Source: an uncultured Hyphomicrobiales bacterium (GTDB taxonomy: Bacteria > Pseudomonadota > Alphaproteobacteria > Rhizobiales > JAJFHR01). Taken from it: DNA of 42,601 nucleotides. The notes below the pieces were generated by a model that was given only the letters and a program-made list of their open reading frames with translations, had not been told where the DNA came from and ran no database searches. The position numbers were made by a program, and so were the translations under genes. Shown here one piece after another: positions 34,928-42,601 of this stretch. The stretch is taken from the NCBI GenBank assembly GCA_964625235.1, contig CAZVAZ010000003.1, positions 1 through 42,601 of the forward strand, given 5' to 3'. The stretch's first letter is position 1; the number at the start of each line of letters is the position of its first letter.

Positions 34928-35006
34928 GACCGATTGAAAGTACACTCCTGACCAATTGAAAGTCAATGCCCGACCAATTGAAAGAGCAGAGGCGTCTGAT
35001 TGAAAG
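34928..35006. repeat. Four direct repeats at exact 22-bp spacing, consensus GACC(A/G)ATTGAAAG
   Basis: Copies start at 34928, 34950, 34972 and 34994 (last one GTCTGATTGAAAG), immediately upstream of the AAA-DUF4143 start. Confidence 0.92.
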
Positions 35007-35404
35007 GCACAATGCCGGAAGTCGAGGGATGATAGCCGAGGACACGGTTCGTCTGGAGCAGCGAAACTGTTTAGTGATTGTGGAGGGGCAGGTTCTCAGC
35101 CACGTTCCATCCATGAGAAAACACATGCGGTGCAATAGGTCTTGGGCTCTTCGTCCCGTGACCAGATATTGCTACGAGTAGCGATGTCGACCCGTTTTTC
35201 AGAACACACGTCAATTACCCGCACAGCGTCGTCACGCAACATCTTATGGTTCGCGATGGAGAACCCACAATTGCTGTTCGAGATTCGATACTTGCCTTTT
35301 CTACCAATCGCCTGATGCAGGGTTGAACACCTAAAGAGTAGCGCCTGCACGAAGTTATGATGAATATCTACAAGACGATAGTAAACTTATGTAATGGTGT
35401 CGGA

Positions 35405-36448
35405 ATGATATATGTAGATGGCCCCAAGAACTGGCAAGACCTCGAGCGTCGGGTGGAACAAATTATGCTTGAAGTCGGCTGCCGCGCCGAGCGAGGCCGC
35501 ACAATCAAAACGGTGAGAGGTACAGCTGAGATAGACGTACATGTTGTCGATGATTCTCGGAACCCACAACAAACAATGCTGTTTGAGTGCAAGAACTGGA
35601 ACCGAGCGATATCCAAAAATGCCATACATAGTTTTAGAACTGTAGTTTCGGATTCTGGAGCTAATGTCGGCTATTTCATTTCGCGTAAGGGGTACCAAAG
35701 CGGGGCTAAAGCAGCAGCAGAATCCTCAAATATCATTCTTCTAACCTGGGAAGAATTTCAGGAACATTTCTATGACCGTTGGCTGGGAACGGTTTCAAAC
35801 CATTTGATGTTCATCTGTGATCGCATCTATGAGTTAACATCAACTGATGAAGAGGATAGGCACTTTAACCGGCTAGCCTATGAGGCCGAAATAAAGGGAA
35901 GTGAAGATGCGTGGAAAATATTGAAACCGCTGGACACACTCTGTGTGGCGTTCTCACTTGGTTCGAGTTTGATAGGAGGAGCAGGTCCATCGGGCTTTAT
36001 TGAGATGGGAATGGCACCCGATCTGGAAACAAATGAGCAACTGAAACATCGCGCTTCACCAAGGGAAACTGTTGACGCGATGTTTGCAGCTGCTCCAACT
36101 GTGTACTCCAAGTATGTAGAATATCTGATGACATTCACGAACGGTGAATGCGGCGACGTATCTCTATTCGATGAAAAAACTCAGCTGGATTTGAAGGGCA
36201 GTAGCAAAAAACAAATAGAAAAAGAGCTTGGATCACCTAGATGGATCTCCAATTGGCTCAGGCCGAACGAAAAATTGCATTACAACGCATCGAAAACAAA
36301 GTTTGGAAATCCAATTGATCCAATTGCAGACCTGAAGATGTTTGAGGCTTGGACTGAAGAGATTTCCATTGAAATGACTTTCAAATCGGATCAGTCGGTT
36401 GATGAGTTTCATGTTGGGCTGAAAGAGTATTCTGGATTGCCGTATTGA
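35405..36448 (+). CDS. Mrr-like restriction endonuclease domain protein
   Basis: WQDLERRV...EIDV...LFECKNW...ISRKGYQSGA at the N-terminus; C-terminal part unrecognised. Start is 35405 or 35357. Confidence 0.82.
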   Translation: MIYVDGPKNWQDLERRVEQIMLEVGCRAERGRTIKTVRGTAEIDVHVVDDSRNPQQTMLFECKNWNRAISKNAIHSFRTVVSDSGANVGYFISRKGYQSGAKAAAESSNIILLTWEEFQEHFYDRWLGTVSNHLMFICDRIYELTSTDEEDRHFNRLAYEAEIKGSEDAWKILKPLDTLCVAFSLGSSLIGGAGPSGFIEMGMAPDLETNEQLKHRASPRETVDAMFAAAPTVYSKYVEYLMTFTNGECGDVSLFDEKTQLDLKGSSKKQIEKELGSPRWISNWLRPNEKLHYNASKTKFGNPIDPIADLKMFEAWTEEISIEMTFKSDQSVDEFHVGLKEYSGLPY

Positions 36449-36593
36449 GGCCGATTTATGATAATGCCCGCAGCGAGAACATGGCTCGTTGAGCCTTATA
36501 CTCAGATTTGAGATCGCTGTAACGTTTGGCGTTGCAGCTCAGTTGCTCCTCGCTTTATAATCGTGTAGTTTTTCCGCGTCGGGAGCGAAATGT

Positions 36594-37808
36594 TTAATCG
36601 GATTGATTGCGCGAAACGAACTTTTCTACATCCGAAAAATGCGCCTGTGAAAGCCAATGTTCAACCAGTTTGAGTCTGCCCTTTGCAACTAACGCGCGAT
36701 AGCCCTCGGCCAGTTGCATTGACCTGTCAATCAACTCCTTGGGGTTTTGGTGTAGCAGCATAATGGCGTTCTCATTCGTGTAATCTAGCCAATTCATAAT
36801 TCTGAAATTGATCGCGGTGTCGCCCCAACCATAACCGGACATAACCACAGACTGATTTTGCTTGAATACCTGATGCACTCTGTAAAATATTTCCGAGTAA
36901 ATCCCTCTATTGTAAGAGATAACCTTATTCACCCCTGAGAGGAATGCGGGCGTTTTTATCATGATCTTTTTGGTGTCGCCATTTCCCAATTTGCAGTTCT
37001 GAATGTCTTCTCCGCAAAAAATGGCTGGGTAGTTCATTCCCAACACACGATACCATTCAACGGAACCATGAGGTTTGAATATGCTGACTTTAACGTCCTT
37101 ATCATCGTAGAGGCGGTCGTCAAAAAATCGAAAATCACCATCTACCGGCCCGAACCCATCTACATACGGGATGGCATTTTCGATGAACAATCTTTCAACC
37201 AACGTGTCGTGATTAAGTGTCACAATATCCAACCTGTTTATGCGTGGGGAGCGGGCCAGTTCGACCAGCAGGTCCAATCCTCGAATGTGAGTCGAATGGA
37301 GGGATCCAGCCACAAGCCATTCAATAAATTCCGAAGTACGAGACGACAGGTGATATAAGGATATGAGTCGCTGTTCGCGAATATAGCCCTCTAACAAATT
37401 TCCGGCTCGTTCTTCGATTAGATCAACAAACGACCCCGTCATAGCGTCGTCAGTAAGACCAGCTCCGCTTTGCCTGAGTTGTTCACTGAGGTGGAACAAA
37501 TCCTCATAACTTGTGACTGAACGATAAATGGAGCCCGTGTTCTTGTATTTCCCGCCAGAAATATATGGAGCGAGCGTGGAAAGGTAGTGGCTATCAACCT
37601 TCGAAAGCAAACGTAAAAAACTTTGTATGTCGTCTATGTTTACAACATTCTTTCCGTTCGCATCGTCAGCGGAATAGAACTTCCCACGTTCATCCAAATC
37701 GCGAAAATACACTCCTTCCAATAAACGTCCAGTTATATCCAACACACCTGGCAAGCCAGACGCCAGTGAAACACCTGACCCTAAAAAAAGTAGCATTCTG
37801 TTCCTCAT
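36594..37808 (-). CDS. SIR2-like domain protein (putative defence NADase)
   Basis: FLGSGVS...GLP, IVTLNHDTLVE, KPHGSV, SGYGWGD. Confidence 0.85.
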   Translation of the reverse strand: MRNRMLLFLGSGVSLASGLPGVLDITGRLLEGVYFRDLDERGKFYSADDANGKNVVNIDDIQSFLRLLSKVDSHYLSTLAPYISGGKYKNTGSIYRSVTSYEDLFHLSEQLRQSGAGLTDDAMTGSFVDLIEERAGNLLEGYIREQRLISLYHLSSRTSEFIEWLVAGSLHSTHIRGLDLLVELARSPRINRLDIVTLNHDTLVERLFIENAIPYVDGFGPVDGDFRFFDDRLYDDKDVKVSIFKPHGSVEWYRVLGMNYPAIFCGEDIQNCKLGNGDTKKIMIKTPAFLSGVNKVISYNRGIYSEIFYRVHQVFKQNQSVVMSGYGWGDTAINFRIMNWLDYTNENAIMLLHQNPKELIDRSMQLAEGYRALVAKGRLKLVEHWLSQAHFSDVEKFVSRNQSD

Positions 37809-37904
37809 TCAGTTGTCGTTCGATGCTCCCAATATAGAAATATTTTGCATCAGAAACTCGGTTTAGATTGAAGTCCTGCTCTTGATAAATACAGCCTCTC
37901 GTAT

Positions 37905-38127
37905 TGGGGCATGGTCCTGAAGATCAGGAAAATCTCTCAAACTCCGCAGGTCGAACGTCGTTAGAAATTCTTCGGTGGTCACAAACGAGTGCCAGAGCCG
38001 AACCAATCGCAAACCCTGCCATTTCAAGGGTTTCCGGGGCGGATGCATCAAAGATCCATTTGGGTAAAATGGGTTTCGGTAGTTCGCCCTTGGCTGCATG
38101 GGTCGCTTGAATCATGCTACAGAGCAT
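37905..38127 (-). pseudogene. Fused remnant: N-terminus of a DUF1403-like gene joined to the C-terminus of an scpB-like gene
   Basis: One frame gives LPKWI...ETLEMAGFAIGSALA; another gives FVTTEEFLTTFDLRSLRDFPDL, which resembles the ScpB C-terminal signature. Confidence 0.55.
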
Positions 38128-38271
38128 AAATCACGACGGCGCTTATAGCCAGAATTATTGTATGAAACCGCCTAAGGTTAAGCACACGAACTGTGTCCAA
38201 TAATCTTGCATTATCAGACGCTTAAAGAAAATAGAAAGCAGTAATTCAGTTAATCGTCCTCCAATAAATAT

Positions 38272-39984
38272 TCATCTAGATATTCCTTTCGAAGCCCCGA
38301 TTTCAATGCCGGTAAATTTCTTCTTTCGCACCACCTGTTGCCATGGAACAAAGGCGAACTCCTTGCCTTTTTGAAGAATCGCAAATCGCCCTGAAGCCAG
38401 AATAACGGTCTTGCTAATCTGTCCTTTCAGTCGCTCGCCACTTGCCGTTGGCTGATAAATCAATCCAAGGTCTTTCTGAAGCTTCATAGCAACACGGCTC
38501 ACCTCTTTTCGTTGCAATGTCTCAAGTAGTTTTCGGCGGGCGATCATTTGCCCATTTTGTTCGGTCATCAGTTTTTCCCGTAGTAACCACTGTTGACGCA
38601 GTCTCAAAGCTCGGTTGGCTTCAGCACCAAAGCCTTTGTTGCGAAATTCAAGCGGTTTTTTCGACAACAGTTTTCGGTCCAGCCATGTTGCCCCATCCGC
38701 ACTGGCAAGATCGCGAAATGGTATATGGGATTCTATGAACACTCGGGCCGTCGCCTGTTGCGTTTGTCGCTGTTTACTTGGATCTTGCCCTCGTAATGTG
38801 ACTACCATATCTTTATTCGGCGGATCGTACTTGCTGAGACGACCAATCTCGGCGTAATGCAATTTACCATCCACCCCATCGACAACAGCATAATGACGGT
38901 CACTGAATTCATCTGATAATCCCAGAGCCACAAGCTTGCCTGTCATTTTCTTGCCCGGCTGGCTCGTGTCAAAAACAGAATAATCTGATGCACCACGGTC
39001 AATGCCAGCTTCTTTCAGCACAGCCTGCATCGTCTTGATAATGTCACCACGCTGACCAAGTTGTTTCAGAACCTGCTCAGTTCGTTCTTCGAGCTTCCAC
39101 ACACCCACTTTAAGTTCCTTTGCCAATCCCATGCTTTCCAGTTTACGGAGACGACCCATGCGGTGGCTTTGCCATTGTTGATCTTGATGGAGTGATGATG
39201 AGATGGTCAGAATTCCTTGGTCAGTATCTTTAATTAGTGACCGGTCAATCCGGGTGAACCGTTCGGACTGAACTTCCCGTTCAACCTTTTGATCAAGCTC
39301 GTGTTTGGTTTCAGGGCCAAGCTCCAGAGTAACAAGGTCACGGGCTCGCTCGCGCAATCCATGGGACAGATAATCACGTGCGATGATCAAATCACCGCCT
39401 TTGTCATCGCGACCCCGGATGATAATATGAGTATGTGGATGGCCGGTGTTGAAATGATCCACCGCCACCCATTCCAACTTCGTGCCAAAATCGCTTTCAG
39501 CTTGCTGCATTAAATCACGGATGAACGGTTTAAGGTCGTCAAGTTGCGCGCCGTCCTCCGGTGCTACAATGAAACGAAACTGATGCCGGTCGTCCTCGGT
39601 GCCTGCCAGAAATGCTTTGCCATCAACGCGATCATTTTCCTGCCCGTAAAGCTCGCCCGGCTCTCCCTCTCGTGTGACGCCGTCACGTTGAATATATCTC
39701 AGATGAGCACGGGCTGCACCAAGATCACCATTCGTGATTCTTGTAAACCGAGCTTTGATAATGACGCGTCGCCGCCCAGGTTGGAAACTTCGAACACGTT
39801 GGGAAGCTGCAACGGAATATCCTCGTCCTGACTTGCTGCCAGTAAATGTCGATCTGCTGCCTCTTGATTTTGGCTGGACCGTGCGTCGGATATCCCGGAC
39901 AATGCGATTAATGTATTTCTGATTTTTGCGACCCGACACAGATCGAATACGACCAAGCTTGGGTTGGAACTCGTCTGCAGCCAT
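38272..39984 (-). CDS. rlxS: VirD2-like relaxase with DUF3363 (RlxS type)
   Basis: FQPKLGRIR, RRVIIKAR, AHLRYIQRDGVTREG, DRHQFRFIVAPEDG, WVAVDHFNTGHPHTHIIIRG, GATWLDR. Confidence 0.9.
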   Translation of the reverse strand: MAADEFQPKLGRIRSVSGRKNQKYINRIVRDIRRTVQPKSRGSRSTFTGSKSGRGYSVAASQRVRSFQPGRRRVIIKARFTRITNGDLGAARAHLRYIQRDGVTREGEPGELYGQENDRVDGKAFLAGTEDDRHQFRFIVAPEDGAQLDDLKPFIRDLMQQAESDFGTKLEWVAVDHFNTGHPHTHIIIRGRDDKGGDLIIARDYLSHGLRERARDLVTLELGPETKHELDQKVEREVQSERFTRIDRSLIKDTDQGILTISSSLHQDQQWQSHRMGRLRKLESMGLAKELKVGVWKLEERTEQVLKQLGQRGDIIKTMQAVLKEAGIDRGASDYSVFDTSQPGKKMTGKLVALGLSDEFSDRHYAVVDGVDGKLHYAEIGRLSKYDPPNKDMVVTLRGQDPSKQRQTQQATARVFIESHIPFRDLASADGATWLDRKLLSKKPLEFRNKGFGAEANRALRLRQQWLLREKLMTEQNGQMIARRKLLETLQRKEVSRVAMKLQKDLGLIYQPTASGERLKGQISKTVILASGRFAILQKGKEFAFVPWQQVVRKKKFTGIEIGASKGISR

Positions 39985-40232
39985 TTTTCTATCTCCCAGT
40001 TATTATTGATTAACACTGAGATTGGGGTGGTTATGTTGAATGCCAAGATGGTGTCAAAAACCTCCCATGATCGCAGACGCTTGGGATTGAGTTGGTGTCA
40101 ACCGGTTGTTGGCGGCACCAAATGAATTGAACAATTCCAATGGCTTGGCCATCCCCCGGCACCATCTCTTTTATCTTGCTCTCACCAATCTCAATCTCCA
40201 CCCATCCACATCTAACCCAATCCTCCATCACC

Positions 40233-40760
40233 TCAATCCGATACCAGCCACACCGGCACCGCAATTCCGATGACAGATGGTGCTTTAGTGACGCCAAAAT
40301 ATCGCCCATCGAATGAACTGGGATGATCGGCAAGCAGGAATAATTCATCATATTTGAGCACGGTACAACCGCTCCATTGAGGTAGCTTTCGCCCTAATCC
40401 ATCTCGAGATTTTGCAAAAGCAACACGGTCTTGATTGACGAATATATTCAACCCAAACCGGCAAACAACATCACCGGAAACACCGGAAATGCGTTTGATT
40501 GCCGGTACATTTTTAGGCAAATACTGCCTCTGCCCGGCAAGAAATCTCGCCCATTCTGGCAGCTGTACGAACACCAAATCACCTGCTTTTGATGGTGAAC
40601 CTGTGATCCAATAGAATCCGATGGCGACGCTTTCTGAGGCGTTCCAGACGAGCTTTGGTGGTCCAAAATCAGCGAAAGATGCAGCCAATAGACCGCTTCC
40701 GGCAAGCATAAACGCGATGGAGAATCGTACATCACTACGCGTCCTCTTACCCTCAAACAT
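40233..40760 (-). CDS. traF: S26-family conjugative transfer peptidase (TraF)
   Basis: LVWNASESVAIGFY, RQYLP...IKRI...GDVVCR, LPQWSGC, SFDGRYFG. Confidence 0.92.
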   Translation of the reverse strand: MFEGKRTRSDVRFSIAFMLAGSGLLAASFADFGPPKLVWNASESVAIGFYWITGSPSKAGDLVFVQLPEWARFLAGQRQYLPKNVPAIKRISGVSGDVVCRFGLNIFVNQDRVAFAKSRDGLGRKLPQWSGCTVLKYDELFLLADHPSSFDGRYFGVTKAPSVIGIAVPVWLVSD

Positions 40761-40977
40761 TGGGCGTTTCCGACGTGGATGAACGCTTCGATGCGTCAGA
40801 CCAGGCGGTCAGATCATCAAGCGAATAGAGTACGCGCTGTCCGTGTTTGCGGTATTCAGGACCGTTACCATAGACCCGCATTTTGGCAAGCGTGTTGGGT
40901 TTAAGACCGAGAAATTCTGCGGCCTGTTTGGCATTCAGGAATACGGGTTTTTCGTTGGTTGCTTGATTGTCAGCCAT
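40753..40977 (-). CDS. rdfS: HTH_17 excisionase / recombination directionality factor (RdfS-like)
   Basis: FLNAKQAAEFLGLKPNTLAKMRVYGNGPEYRKHGQRVLYSLDDLTAW; overlaps traF as in rhizobial ICEs. Confidence 0.85.
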   Translation of the reverse strand: MADNQATNEKPVFLNAKQAAEFLGLKPNTLAKMRVYGNGPEYRKHGQRVLYSLDDLTAWSDASKRSSTSETPNV

Positions 40978-41097
40978 GATGATTTCCTTCTGTTTCAGCT
41001 CTTGGATATGAGCATTCAGGAGAAGACTGAAGGAGATCGGTATTGAGCGGGAGTGTCGGAGTTAACGCCGCAATTTACGACACGGTTTTGGGAAGAT

Positions 41098-41889
41098 TCA
41101 GTTAAGAAACTCGCGATAACCGCCGTTCAAAAGATGCAGACCCTTGCGTTTGGCGCGGGCGATTTCATCCTTGAAAGCCCGACTATCGAGGTTTTTCCAT
41201 TCCTTCAGGGTGCGTTTGCTGCCGTAAATTGCTGCACCAATTTCTCTCAGAAACGAACCTTCAATGGCCTTTTCGGCAGCAATCAGGTACTTCAATCGCC
41301 GCAACTGGGTGACATATGGCACCTGTTGCTTGGGCAATTTTACGCACTTTTTGACCGCTTGCACCACTTCAAGAGCTGCCATTGCACTGCGAACCTGATC
41401 AAGTCCGTCAATGAAAAAACGCATACGAACGGGGTGAAACAACACACTATCGCCACTGACTTTCAGGCATGAAGAATGTATTCCAACACGCATATACAGG
41501 TTCTGAAACACCGGTCCAATGATGAGAAAAATACGGTCAAATCGTGAGGTTCTTTCATCAAAGTCAATGTTATCATCTGATGAATTGGTCGCAGTTGACG
41601 TTGCCTCAACACTCCAGCCAATGTCATCGGAGTGCCATGCAACATGGGCGGCGCTGGACGCAACATCGGGGTCGGCCATGTATATCAATCCCCATGTTTT
41701 TGCATAAGGACACCCTCTACGAATCCGAACAAAGTCAGTTTTTGATGAATGATCAATGACCTTAAGAAGCCGGGCGCGGCTCAGTCGATAATCGTGCTGG
41801 TAATCAGGATTACGACGCAGAAACTCCCATGCCCAGTCAGCATTATTAAACGATGCGATCGTGTTGAAATCTGGAAATGTGTCGGTCAT
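41098..41889 (-). CDS. FseA-like transcriptional activator (DUF6499 + DUF2285) in a single ORF
   Basis: WAWEFLRRNPDY, WGL..ADP, C-terminal G.FLREIGAAIYG...W...LLNGGYREFL; upstream of rdfS. Start ATG 41889 (the track gives 41910). Confidence 0.8.
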   Translation of the reverse strand: MTDTFPDFNTIASFNNADWAWEFLRRNPDYQHDYRLSRARLLKVIDHSSKTDFVRIRRGCPYAKTWGLIYMADPDVASSAAHVAWHSDDIGWSVEATSTATNSSDDNIDFDERTSRFDRIFLIIGPVFQNLYMRVGIHSSCLKVSGDSVLFHPVRMRFFIDGLDQVRSAMAALEVVQAVKKCVKLPKQQVPYVTQLRRLKYLIAAEKAIEGSFLREIGAAIYGSKRTLKEWKNLDSRAFKDEIARAKRKGLHLLNGGYREFLN

Positions 41890-42023
41890 GGCAAAACAAT
41901 GCCGGGGCAATCTCCCTCGAGCGCAAATTCAATGCGCGCAGTCGCTCCCCAACCACAACCGTAGTATGCACTGAATTATGTCTGACATTGTGGCACCAGG
42001 TACTTTTTATTGACCAGATTCGG

Positions 42024-42059
42024 AAAAAGAATACCCCCGCATCGTGTGATGCGAGGGTA
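42024..42059 (-). terminator. Rho-independent terminator after the DUF736 gene
   Basis: Minus strand TACCCTCGCATC-acac-GATGCGGGGGTA then TTCTTTTT. Confidence 0.75.
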
Positions 42060-42068
42060 ATGTTTTTG

Positions 42069-42392
42069 TCAGTCGCGAGGGTTCCAAATGAGGGCAAAGA
42101 CGTTCTTGTCGTCCTGACCGGCAGCCTTGCCGAGATTGGCATAGAGCTTTTTGGGGCCGAATTCCGGTGCTGCGATTGACAGGGAAACATATTCCTTGCT
42201 GGTGCTGGCGGATTTGCGAACCCATGCGGCACCTACTTCGATGCCTTCGGCAAAGACCCGGTAGTCGGGCTGGTTGTCTGAAGTCTTGTCAGCGTTTGGT
42301 ACGATGATGATTTCAGCGCGGATGGAGAGGGTTTTCAACTCGCCTTTGTAGCTTCCGTCTTTGAGTTTTGTGACATGTCCGATAGCAGCCAT
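42069..42392 (-). CDS. DUF736 family protein
   Basis: MAAIGHV...GELKTLSI...PDYRV...EVGAAW...YVSL...PEFGP..LYANLG...ALIW; AAGGA RBS. Confidence 0.92.
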   Translation of the reverse strand: MAAIGHVTKLKDGSYKGELKTLSIRAEIIIVPNADKTSDNQPDYRVFAEGIEVGAAWVRKSASTSKEYVSLSIAAPEFGPKKLYANLGKAAGQDDKNVFALIWNPRD

Positions 42393-42601
42393 GATGTTAT
42401 TCCTTTTCGTTTTATTGTGGCAGAAAGCTTTTCTTCCTGCCTTGCGGCGAAACCAAAAGACCGTTCAAAGGGCGGGTGCATCGCGACCAAAGGAAGGGAC
42501 CGCAACGAAGTGTAGGATCAGCAGGCGTGCTGTTTTTTGGGCACTTGTGCCTGCGCGAGGAGATGCATTCTTCATGCATCGGGGAAAAAACTGCTCGCCG
42601 A

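Larger units (their letters stand above)
22860..42601. mobile_element. Integrative conjugative/mobilizable element of the alphaproteobacterial ICEMlSym type (one end; continues past the window)
   Basis: att, tyrosine integrase, and rlxS/traF/rdfS/fseA/DUF736-like backbone genes. No traG or trb genes within the window. Confidence 0.85.

Noticed and set aside
34928-35006. CRISPR array (repeats end in ATTGAAAG)
   Set aside because: 13-bp repeats with 9-bp spacers are far too short, and there are no cas genes in the window.
35096-35350. 84-aa minus-strand ORF between the ATPase and nuclease genes
   Set aside because: No recognisable motif or RBS; cannot be supported from sequence alone.

Overview
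Alphaproteobacterial chromosomal window in three parts. (1) About 1-3.5 kb looks like ordinary chromosome: 5' part of ugpB, a short PLP Ser/Thr dehydratase, and a cytochrome c plus Tat-exported flavoprotein sulfide dehydrogenase pair (FccA/FccB-SoxF type). (2) About 3.6-22.8 kb is an accessory block bounded by gene scars (an epimerase fragment on the left; a putA fragment and IS3 remnant on the right). It holds the most interesting system: a minus-strand run of YcaO, TfuA with a long C-terminal extension, an HExxH metallopeptidase and a 178-aa protein ending in six perfect VSGAR repeats encoded by divergent codons. This is a candidate multi-core thioamidated RiPP or thioamidated protein. The run converges on a cyclic-nucleotide module (class III cyclase-TPR with non-canonical base-specifying residues, Crp, GNAT, a membrane cNMP-binding protein) and two further signal-peptide-less peptidases, with CRP-like boxes in several promoter regions. 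A class III aminotransferase, ProC-like reductase and XRE-cupin regulator lie next to it. (3) From a 45-bp tRNA-Met(CAT) 3' duplicate (att site, 22860-22904) to beyond the right edge is an ICE of the rhizobial ICEMlSym type: integrase, rlxS-like relaxase, traF, rdfS-like gene, single-ORF fseA-like gene and DUF736. Its cargo is a defence/conflict block (five-gene double-GTPase system, AAA-DUF4143 with 4 x 22-bp upstream repeats, Mrr-like nuclease, SIR2-like protein) plus a broken IS21. All family calls are by eye from motifs; no searches were run.
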